Positions 53,431 through 64,000 of a DNA stretch of 64,000 bases are shown in pieces. The number at the start of each line of letters is the position of its first letter. Within the stretch, counting starts at the first letter, position 1. The stretch comes from Octopus sinensis (taxonomy: Eukaryota), in NCBI RefSeq assembly GCF_006345805.1, contig NC_043019.1:28767360-28831359 (forward strand), in the 5' to 3' direction. The position numbers and the translations under genes were made by a program. Under the pieces are notes generated by a model. It saw only the letters and a list, made by a program, of their open reading frames with translations. It made no database searches and had not been told where the DNA came from.

Positions 53431-54548
53431 AAGCATGGCTATTTGGTTCAGTTTGCTTCTCAACCAAGTTTTGGGTTCAATCCCAATGTGGCACATTAGG
53501 CATGTATTCTACTACAGCTCATGCTGACTAAATCTTTGTGAGTGGTAGATGGAAACTGAAAGAAGCTCATATGCCTGTCTTGTATGTTTGTTTGCATTTA
53601 TCCTTCTCCCAAAATTATGAGCTGCAAGCAGTGATGTCATTCTTGTCAACAAATTGTTTACTAGCTTTGCACCTTGTAAAGGTATGTGAAATAAGATCCT
53701 TTATTTGAAAAATAAGGGTCAATAGGAAGAAAGGCATCTGGCTGTAAAACAGTGGCTTAATTATATATTCATATAACCCAACACGGAAAAATGAACATGT
53801 CCATTATCAATTATGGTTGACTTAAAATTTCTCCTGACGGAACAATCACTGACTAGCTGGTACCACCTGTCCATAAGAATGGACAAACCTTTTAAATCCT
53901 GCTTGAATCTCATTTTGAATCTACCAATGTTTCAATAGCCCTCTGCCAGCTGTGAGAGTCAAGCTTTCTCTGAGAGTCTGTCATCACCAAGTCTGACAGT
54001 GTGGCCTGTCCAATTGAGATATCTCTGCATCAATAGATGGTACATGGATTGAAGATAATGCTTCTTGGAGACTTGAGAGTTTGCAATATGTTGCCGCTGT
54101 GTGGGGTATGTGTGTGTGGCTGTATATATGAGATAGGTAAAATTGGTGTATCAACCAAAATACTTTGTATTGTCTTTTATCTTATAGTAAACTTGCCTAA
54201 AGCTTATAATTCTCCTTCCTGCAAAGTACAGGAGTTAATTTAATTGACTAAAACTTTAAGGTGTAGTCCCAGTATTGGCAGTGAGTGAACACAGCAAAAA
54301 TACAAAATCTTTTGAATTGCAATTGATTCTTTGTTTCTTAAAAGTTCTAGACTTAGTTCTGAATTTTAATTCTTGTCATGTAACTTAATTACATTTTATA
54401 TTGGAAAGATTCTATGAGGTTGCTTGACTTGTTAGAAATAGTAGCCAAAGTTTTCTAAAATCATGCCACAAAGTGCTTGACATAAAAAGATAATGCACAA
54501 GATAATGTAATTTAGGAAAAAAGATGGTTTAACTGGAGTATCTTCGAT

Positions 54549-54810
54549 CAGGGGTCCCCAACCACCAGGCTGCAAATGAGTACCAAGCCACTCTGGATCA
54601 TTTGATACTGGGCAGCATAGAAAGAATAAATTTAAAAATTTTATTTCTATTTTATTGACTCTGGCAGGATGTTTTTTGCATTATATATATATTAAATAAT
54701 TAAATAATATATTTTACAGTATGTTTTGTCATGCATATGATCCCCTAGTCTGTGGAAAAATTGTCTTGTGTGAAACTGGTCTGTGATGCAAAAAAGATTG
54801 GGGCCCTCTG
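54549..54810. mobile_element. hAT-Charlie (MER1-like) MITE
   Basis: Ends CAGGGGTCCCCAACC / GATTGGGGCCCTCTG; subterminal gtggaaaaattgtctt...gaaactggtc; degenerate 8-bp TSD. Confidence 0.75.
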
Positions 54811-56034
54811 CTTTAGATCATAGGTTTGTTCAATCAAAATTGGTTTCAGACCAGACAGTAATACTTCACATAGTACTACAAATTAATTGCATGTGATTAT
54901 TAGAGCAGTTGGATTCATTTTCTAGCATTAACCATTCCATGAAGTGAACCTAGTAGCATCTTTTTTTATTTTATTTTTTAAGCTGCATTCTGCTGAAGCA
55001 GCAAGCCACCGAAAAAGTAACAATGGTAATTTGGTTATTTATAGTGTTTGAATCAATTGTTGCTTCAGAGACTATTACTTATATCTACGTAATTAGGAAA
55101 ATAGTGTCTCCTTTTGCTGTGGTGGTTGCTGTTGTTTTATGTGACTAACTATAAACAATATGTAAAACTGTATTCATGCAAATGCTAAAACTTAGCTCAT
55201 CAAGTTCCAATTAACATGAAAAAAGATTGCATAAAATTTGACATTAATTCCTAGGCTCTGTTTTGTTCAAACTTTTTCACTCATTATGAACGGTCTTTTT
55301 TCTATGTCGCTGTTATTTGGCCTAAACTACAATGCAACGTTTTTCCATTTTAATTCTGCATTCAAAATCACAGACTAGCAAGCTGGCCGAATCATTAGCA
55401 TGCCTGGTGAAAGCCTTAGTGGTACTTTGTCTGTGGCTATGTTCTGAGTTCAAATTCTGCTGAGGTTAACTTAACCTTTTGTTGTTCTGGGTTCGATAAA
55501 ATAAGTACCAAATGAGCAGGGGCGGGGGCTATGTAATTGACTTAACTACTGCTGGGTATGAGTGTAAAAAACTACACTCCTGTCAAGCTCAAATTCTGCA
55601 CTTCTCTGATTTCAGGCTCAAATTCATTGACTTTACATCAGATTGTGGTTGGTGGAGAAAACAGTAAGGCATTTTTTTTGCAGTGAACTGAACAAGGGAA
55701 ATCCAATCCAATATCAAATGTAATTTTTGATTTGATTGTAGCCTTCTTGAGATTTGATTTTGTTAATGACTTTCAGCTTTTCTTGGCTCATTTTACTTTT
55801 GTGTCCAACCAATTATCATATTCTCAATTTTTATGGTGTATACAACTTAGTTTTCTTTGAGTATGAGTGAAGGCATAGTTGTGTGTTTAAGCTGGCTTTG
55901 TAACCATTTCATTTGATTTCGACCTTCTGTGCTTTGGGCAAGTGCCTTTAACTGAAGTGTATTCCATGTGACATTGCACTGACATACAATGTTAGTCCAA
56001 AGTCACAGAAGAAACTCTCTCTCAGACACACACA

Positions 56035-56380
56035 TCTTTTATCTTTTGTTTCAGTCATTTGACTGCAGTCCAGTTGAGGCTCTTTCTTGAAGGGTTTTTA
56101 ATTGGACAAAATGACTCAAGTATTTTTTTTAAGCCTGGTACTTATTCTGTCAGTTTCTTTTGCTGAACCACTACGGGAACATAAATACACACACACACAT
56201 AGATATATACATAGTTAAATGAATACACACACACAGAGGCTTCTTTTACTTTCTATCTACCAAATCCACTCACTTTGGCCCGAGGCTATAGTAGAAGACA
56301 CCCAAAATGCCATGCAGTGGGACTGAATCTGGAACCATGTGGTTGGAAGCGAGCTTCTTACCACACAACCATACCTGCAC
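56035..56380 (-). mobile_element. SINE family A, diverged
   Basis: Reverse copy. Confidence 0.75.
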
Positions 56381-57514
56381 CTAAATATCAGTGCCCCAGG
56401 TCATATATAGGAGTTTCTATCTGCCAATTTCACTCACAAAGCATTGGTCAGAATAAGGCTATTGTACAAAACACTTGTCCACGGTGGCATGAAACATGAA
56501 GCACAGCCATACACATGTGTAACCACACAAACTCACCCGTATATTTAGCATGCTCATGTTGCTAAGAAGTTTCTTTGCAACCATTTGGTTTTGCTTTTGA
56601 TACAACTCTGTGGCACCTGGACAATTCTACCATAGCCTCAAGATAACCAATGTTTTGTGAATGAAGTTGGGTAGACAGTATGCGTAAGACTACCATATGT
56701 ATGTGTCTGTAGTTGTGAAGATCTGTATATATTACTTGTATTTACTCCCTACTATTGAACATAGTTCAAAATAAATTTAACCTATTGATAACATTGTAAC
56801 AAGATTTTTGTCCTGTTATTTCTTGTATGCCCAGCCCTAGAAAGTATGAAAAATGACAAATATTTCCTTCAGATTTTACTTTTGCCACCTTTATTCAAAC
56901 CCCAAAGAATCCCTCTCAACACATGGCTATGATGCTCCCCCACTACTCATGCACATATTGTCAGCCACTAAGGGACATGCTCAAGTGGTTATGGTCAAGC
57001 AACTGACAAGCAAATCTGTGGTATTGAGCAGAATATTTGCTATAATGATATGTCAGTTTTAAAGCATTGATTTTCCTGGTTGCAAAAGCAAAGTTTGAAG
57101 GGAATAGCAGTCATTTCCTTTGATTTCTAGATAGAAGCAAATAAGAGATAACACAAAAATAAAAAATTGTTACACAGTGACTAGATTGATATGAGTACTA
57201 GACTATGTACATAAGATGATGTAATTAATTAGTCCTTGAAGATGGAGCCTCAGCCTAGCTGTCCACAGCTGTATTTAGTAAAATAAGAAAAGAACGCAAA
57301 GGCCTTATTTTGTTTGCAAAAGAGGCTTGCCTAAGGTGTAATAGTTCACCTCTCATGGTACTCACAAATCGTCTTTAGTTCCTTCATGTAGTCATTTTAT
57401 TTTCTTTGTTCTTAATTTAAAACTTTTATGTATATATATATATATATATGTATATATGAATGTATGTATGTGTGTTATAAATATTTATTCCTTTCTTTTT
57501 AAGGGTTACTGGAA

Positions 57515-57734
57515 ATGGAACAGAATGGTAATCAAAATCTACCTGCAGGAACCCTTTGCCGAATGGGATGTGGGTTCTATGGAACTGCTGCTCTTGACGG
57601 CATGTGCTCCAAATGTTACAAAGATGCTATAAAAAGGAAACAGAATTCGTCACCTGTAAGTGGACGTATTAGCCCGACAGGTGAAGGGGATAAAGTGGTC
57701 AATGTGACTGCTTCCCTTGCCCAAACTTCTCTAG
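57515..57734 (+). CDS. ZFAND5/6: First coding exon of an A20/AN1-type zinc finger protein (ZFAND5/ZFAND6-like); downstream exons lie outside the window
   Basis: The translation [54 protein letters not shown] contains the A20 finger LCxxGCGFYG...MCSKCYK and the SGRxSP motif of ZFAND5/6. A polypyrimidine acceptor (ctttctttttaag) ends at 57503, ATG is at 57515, and a phase-1 donor TAG|GTAATT lies at 57734/57735. Confidence 0.93.
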
Positions 57735-59589
57735 GTAATTGCATCTTCTTTTTAATATATTTTTTTTTGTTTTGTTTTCAACACTGACAGGAGTTGGTAA
57801 GAAGGTGTACTGGAAATGTAAGCATTTGCATAAAGATACATTTGCATATATATAATACATTTGCAGATATATATTTGTGTGTATATAATTCAGTTACATA
57901 AGTCTTATAAGAATGTAAACACTTTATGTTGGCATTTTTTGTTCATTTCTTAATATGACAGTCTCAGAAGGGTTCATGTGTAGGACCTGATTTCTGACAC
58001 AATTCCATTTCATCTTATACTTCATAATAGGCTGATGTTGAGAAACAGCAAAAAAATGAATGTATTTTATATGCTAAAATGATTCTTTCACAATGTAATT
58101 GTTCCAGTTTCAACACATGGTCTCGTACCAAGTACAATTTCAAAGCTATTGTACTACAATGGTGCTCTTTCTACAGCCTGGGTGTTCAGCCAGTTTAACA
58201 AAGTTGTGCAAATTTAGGCAATTCAAAATGTAGAAGCATTTGAAAACTTAACCATTCCAGTTGCATTTTTCTGAAGGCATTTTTAGCTTTAAACTTTTAC
58301 TTTTGGTTATGAAATTATATCTTTATTTGCCGTCTTTTTTTTATGGCTTAGTCATCAGAAGAAGGTAGGACTTTCAAGACTGGTGATGGGGTTGGATGGG
58401 GTGGGGGGGAGTCACTGCATCTGTGTGGACTCATAAAACTCTCAAGGACCCCCTTGTGATGGATTATAGCTACCAGCCAAGAACGCTGTCCGACAGGTTT
58501 CCTTTTCACTCTCAAGGCTTTGTTCAACCCAAGGTTTGACTTGGTAGGAACAAAACCAGAGCCCTATATGTAATATGTATAAAATTTGACATCTAGACAC
58601 ACTGCTACTTGTACAAAATAGTCTAATTGATATTTAGCATTATACAATTTTGTTAAAACTCTACGGTATATCATTGATGTTATATTAAACTGAACTCTAG
58701 TTATTAGTGTTTTATCTGCCCTGATTGTTTCATCATTATACCAAATTGAACTATATATAGTTGGTCGCATAGTACCTACTAAAAGGGACTTTTCTGCTTC
58801 CTTTTACTTATTCTTCATGCTTCATTTTTCACTCCATTTTCTTGTTTAATTTTACTTTCTATCAGTTGTCTCCTTCATTATTCTCACTGACATACTTTGT
58901 TTCTTCTCTGTATATTTCCCTCACATCTGTTTACCTTCTTAACTTTCCTACTAATATCTCTCTCTCTCTCTCATTTCATCACATGATCTCATTCTCTCTA
59001 TTGTAGAGCAGTCCCCCCATCCCCACTTTTCCTAACACTATCTCTCTTGTTTTCATCCCCTTCTCTATATATATATTTCAGTGTCTACTCACATGACTAC
59101 TTAGATCACTGGCTACTGATATATTTATGCATCCTACTCTATCAAACTCCTACCTATATATATATATATTATATATATATATATATCTCAAATCTGCCTT
59201 GCTTTATAATACATTCTTTCTCTCTCTTCCTACTCTCAGCACAGCCACTTTCTCCTTCCAGTGTGACAGAAAGAAGGAAACGAAACAAAATAAATATGGA
59301 CACGTGACTTGGTATTTTATATATTAAGATAATGTTCAACTTCAGTTTTGTCTTTAAAAGGCTTTAATTGCCCAAACCCTGAAATATCCACCAGTTTTCA
59401 CAGTGAAACACAACAGCCTATACATGTCACAGATTTTGATAGCCTATCGTATTTCAGAAATTTTGTACTTTTAACATGTACAACCCTAAAAACTTAGAGT
59501 TGTACCTGTTAAAAAGAAGCATTTAATGTTACAAGCAAAAATACGAAAATTTAATGGCAAACAGTTCAACTGAAAAATTTATTCTCCAT

Positions 59590-59860
59590 AAGTATCAGTC
59601 CAAGCCACTACTCCTCCACATTGAGAGGTCACGGGGAAAGAATCGCAAGACAAATTTTTCAAGTTGAGCCAATTAGCAGGAGACCTCGGGATAGACCAAG
59701 AAAGAGATGTTTGGATAATTTCCATTGTCTTAGTTGGTCACACTTGGGAATCCTACCAGAAAAATGTAACGACGGTTGCTTCTGAAAGGACCCTATGGAG
59801 GAGGGGTTTCAAGACTCTTCCTCAAAATCTTCCCAGGTGTAATGGGCAGAGAAGATAGGT
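59590..59860 (+). mobile_element. RTE LINE 3' end relic
   Basis: KPLLLHIERS / ERIARQIFQVEPISRRPRDRPRKR / SWSHLGI / VASERTLWRR. Confidence 0.7.
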
Positions 59861-59935
59861 GGATGGTTAAATATTGGGGGTAATTAGCAATGTGGTTATG
59901 ATAGAAAATATATAATTCGAGTTAGTGTTAGCTGA

Positions 59936-61170
59936 TTAATGTTGTCTGAGTTGTCGGTGATTAAGCCCATGATTCAGAATAAAATTCACCATAGTTGTAA
60001 CCAGTTTTAGTATGCTAGAAATATCAAAGTGTTTTCCACAGAGTCCTTGCTGATATATAATGCAGTGTATAAGCAGAGCTTTTGGAAGTTGCTCCTCCAA
60101 CATGGTCTGGATCTGCCCTACCCACCCTGCCTCACTCCTGCCATGCTTTTCTCTCCATCGACTGTAACATACACCAAAGCTGATTCCACTGAAGGTTGTA
60201 GTTTTGCATTTTTCTGCACCTCTATGAAAATATTTTCTCCAGGTGTTGTTCCATGTATACTGCAAACAGATGCCATTGTATAATCTCAAATTTGCAATTA
60301 ATACCACGAATGAAACACAAGAAGTTGTGATGTTCTAGAGAGATCAGTAGGTTCATCCATTGCAAGAGAATACCACAAAAATTGCTTAGCTTTCTCATGT
60401 ATCTGTAACTGTGTGTTCTCTCCAAGGTCTTCTATTCTCTGCACAACTGAACCTGTTGAAAGGCTGATACAGTCAAACATGTTAGCTTTTTCAGGACACA
60501 GGTCATTTGCTGCTTCCATCATGCACTCTTTTATAAAGTTTTCGGCAGTAAACGGTTTTCCCCGTTCTGCCAACTTATTCACTATTTTGTCACTTACGCG
60601 AGTGATAGATTCATTTCCAACAAACTTTTTTCGTAAAGAAATTCCTTTGAGATTCTAAACTATGTTTCATAGATTAAAATTTCTTGGACTGCGACTTTCC
60701 AGAATATTTAGAATGTATTAAGAGACGTTTTGCTTTGTAGTGATGATGAATATTGTACTCTTTCATAACAGCAACACTTTCGTTGCAAATCAGGCAACTA
60801 GCTTTCTGGTCGTTTGTTTCCACAAAGAAATACTTTTCTCACCATTCTTTATTGAAAATGTGACATCATCAACCTTTCTCTTCTTAATAGCCATAACAAT
60901 GGGTGAAGAAAAAAGCCAAAGCAGTCTTAGGCCTCGGCATCAGATATTCTCATTTTGTAATCACTAATAACTGACTAACCCAAGGCACACGTGATGTACT
61001 GTAGTAATTATTATTTCGCGTGAAATACATAGCGCATGACGTGACTGACTCAGTATACATACGACATGTGTAATCTAAGAAGCAGCAGTATAAAAGCATG
61101 TTTATTTTTTTCAGCATACGATCGCGGGCCGGACAAATTGACGTCGCTGGCTGTAGTTTGGTGGCCCATG
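59936..61170 (-). mobile_element. hAT (Charlie/SPIN/GTF2IRD2-like) transposon 5' part, frameshifted
   Basis: ATG at 60894 (MAIKKRKVDD), then CLICNESVAVMKEYNI, GKPFTAENFIKECM, YSLAMDEPTD and IHCIIYQQGLC; terminus catgggccaccaaactac...ccggcccgcg ends at 61170. Confidence 0.9.
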
Positions 61171-61174
61171 GTTT

Positions 61175-61520
61175 AGTTGAGCAAATCACTCCCAGTACTT
61201 TTTTTTTTTTTTTTTTTTTGAAGTCTGGACCTTATTCTATCAGTTCCTTTTGCTGAACTGCTAAGTTACAGGGATGGAAACAAACCGACATTAGTTGTCA
61301 AGCATAGTAAGGGGGGGGGGCAAATACAACACAAAAACGTATGTGTATATACACACACGTGCGCACGACAGGCTTCTTTCAGTTTCTATCTGGCACTTGC
61401 AAGGCTTTGGCCAGCCTGGAGCTTGTACAAGGCAACACTTGCCTAAGATGCCCCACGCTGGGATTGCACCTGGAAGCATGTGGCTGGATGCAAGTTTATC
61501 AACTACACATCCATGGCTGC
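61175..61520 (-). mobile_element. SINE family A, diverged
   Basis: Reverse copy. Confidence 0.75.
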
Positions 61521-62255
61521 ATTTTATTATTTTTTAAAATCTAAACAAGTTTGCTTATTAAACTGCTACTAATTACATTTGACTTTTTTTTGTTTGTAAA
61601 GTGGTTGGAAATTTTTTTCCATGGAAAGTCTTGGGTAATTTAACTGTGTCGATACCAAGCCAGCTGAAACTGCCTGTAATTAAACTGTTGATATTTAAAT
61701 TAAAATCTTGGTTAAAATTCTCATTACAATAAGGATGATATTGAGAGATTTCAGTTAGGCAAATAATACCACCCTAATAATATATTTAGACTAAGGAATA
61801 TTTTAGTATACTATACTCTACTTTCCCCCAAATCTTTATATTGAAAATTGAGACCTCAACAGATGAGATATTAGAAATTTAGTTTTGGGAGTGGTCCTTA
61901 TTCATGAAACAGGCAGGATGTGTCTCAGTTTGAATCTGTATGGTATCAAACCTGATAATATTTTTAAAATAAGAAATATATTAATCTCCACTCCTACTTA
62001 TCATCCTCCATTAGTTGATGATTGATGTTTTAGTGAACTTTCATTTTCTAGGAATCTGTAACAGTGTTCTCTGCAATACTGTGTAAACAGGATATAGATA
62101 TGGTCATGTAACTAAGTTCACTTTTCAGTTGTGTGGTTCTATCTCACTGTGTGACACACTCTGTGTAAATATCTACCCAGGGCCTTGAGTCAGTCACTCC
62201 AAGTCGAGTGAGTGAAATTAGGTGGATGTAAACTGCATGGAAGCCAGTGAGGTGG

Positions 62256-62299
<44 letters not shown>

Positions 62300-62819
62300 G
62301 CTGTTTGTACATTTTCCTAAAATGCAATTTTGTGAGCATTTCCCCCCTCCCCCCAATCAGCATTAAGTCCACTGTTGTTGGGACCATCTCTGGTGTAGAA
62401 ATAACTTATGTGATTACTTCCCTTCTTTTATCATTTCTCACATCAAAGATTTGATTTACACTTTTTTTTTGTTTTTGTAACAGAGTTGATGTATTAACAA
62501 ATAATTTGTAGCAGAGCATTGACTTATTTTCTTTCAGTTGTAGTTAAAGTTATAGATTTTTACCCACGTACAATAATACTGTGAGTAAAGACCTATAAAT
62601 TTTTTTTCTATTTTGGGAGTGGTTGGGGTTATAATCGATTATATTATCCAAAGCAAAGTAAACCATGGCAATTCAGTCATCCAAAGTGTGTGTGTGTGTG
62701 GTGATTTTATATTCTAAATATTCTACTGCTGATTGCATTAGCTTGAGCAGTCGTATAGCTCAACAGTTCCCAACCTTGTATAATTCTGATAGGGTTGCAA
62801 GGACAAAATTGTTTACTAC

Positions 62820-63585
62820 AGGAGTGGCTGTGTGGTAAGTAGCTTGCTTACCAACCACATGGTTCTGGGTTCAGTCCCACTGCGTGGCATCTTGGGCAAG
62901 TGTCTTCTGCTATAGCCCCGGGCCGACCAATACCTTGTGAGTGGATTTGGTAGACGGAAACTGAAAGAAGCCTGTCGTATATATATATGTATGTATATAT
63001 ATATATATATATATAGTTATCCGTAATAATGAAGGGTGAAATTAATTAATTTGGAATAATTATCAATTACACCAAGTAGTCTTCGGCATGTAAAAGCCTC
63101 ATTTGAGGAAAATTTAAGTAATACTAAGCAATAAGGGTTCAGCAACGAATTGCCTTACCACATACCGAATTTAGAAATAGCAGTCAAAGGGTTATAGCTA
63201 TTTCTTCTACTAAAAAGGGAGATCTCAGTAAAAACAGCATTGCTGTTTTTACTGAGATCTCCCTTTTTAGTAGAAGAAATAGCTATAACCCTTTGACTGC
63301 TATTTCTAAATTCGGTATGTGGTAAGGCAATTCGTTGCTGAACCCTTATTGCTTAGTATTACTTATATATATATATATATAATGTGTGTATGTGTTTGTC
63401 CCCCTAGCATTGCTTGACAACCGATGATGGTGTGTTTATGTCCCCGTTACTTAGCGGTTCGGCAAAAGAGACCGATAGAATAAGTACTGGGCTTACAAAA
63501 GAATAAGTCCCGGGGTCGAGTTGCTCGATTAAAGGCGGTGCTGCAGCATGGCCACAGTCAAATGACTGAAACAAGTAAAAGAGTA
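62820..63585 (+). mobile_element. SINE family A interrupted in its (TA)n tract by a 350-bp insert
   Basis: Head at 62820-62977, insert at 63016-63365, tail at 63385-63585. Confidence 0.9.
63115..63365. repeat. Perfect palindrome with 125-bp arms and a 1-nt spacer
   Basis: 63115-63239 is the exact reverse complement of 63241-63365 (centre aaaaacagca-t-tgctgttttt). Confidence 0.97.
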
Positions 63586-64000
63586 ATTGGTAAAATGTTG
63601 AATGCTATACAAGTATTAGGCATGACACATTAGCTGAGGAATATTTTTTTCTCAAGAAAAGTATTAAATGTTACATTTTCTGAAAATTATTTACTATAAA
63701 AATCGGGGGCAGATATTGATTTTTCAAATTGGGTTGTAGTGAGTTGAGAACACTAGTGTAGAGGGTTCCTTGTCAGTGCAGAGCATCTATGATATTAGTA
63801 ACATGTATTGTTTTACTGGTAATTAGTTATATATGGAGAAGTATGTTAATAATTAAAACTTTGTTACTGTTATAGATATTTAGTTATTGGTTTAGACAAT
63901 GTTGTTTATCCTTATGTAGGCCATGATTGAGCAGACCTATGATCAGAGGCATTTCTGCTGTAGTCATTCTAGGGATATCATCATCATCATTTAGCATCCG

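Noticed and set aside
57735-57787. C-terminal extension of the 90-aa ORF ([10 protein letters not shown]...)
   Set aside because: Read-through into a T-rich intron after the GT donor.
57790-64000. Next ZFAND exon or AN1 domain
   Set aside because: No AN1 motif (CxxC...CRC...FC..HR) or credible coding exon was found; it is presumably beyond the window.

Overview
AT-rich, microsatellite- and transposon-dense eukaryotic DNA. The SINE families, RTE LINEs and degenerate C2H2 'EKPYxCxxCGKSF' repeat point to an octopus (coleoid cephalopod) genome; this is inference. Only one convincing host coding exon is present: the first coding exon of an A20/AN1 zinc-finger gene (ZFAND5/6-like, + strand, 57515-57734). 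Its probable promoter and non-coding first exon lie about 23 kb upstream (~34170-34307) in a CpG-retaining, TE-poor island. The rest of the gene lies beyond the window. Almost everything else is repeat: three tRNA-headed SINE families (called A, B, C here), RTE-tail short elements (D), decayed RTE, CR1/L2 and R4-like LINEs, mariner/Tc1 and hAT transposase relics, and piggyBac-type and hAT MITEs. Nearly all ORFs in the supplied track are microsatellite or SINE artefacts. The most notable items are a perfect 125-bp-arm palindrome in a SINE microsatellite in the presumed ZFAND intron, a similar older palindrome, signs of bidirectional transcription at the promoter, a candidate 16-nt 5'UTR micro-exon, an in-frame alternative donor and a templated-insertion scar. 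I see no firm evidence of a wholly new biological system; the findings are hypotheses. Repeat boundaries were read by eye and are approximate.
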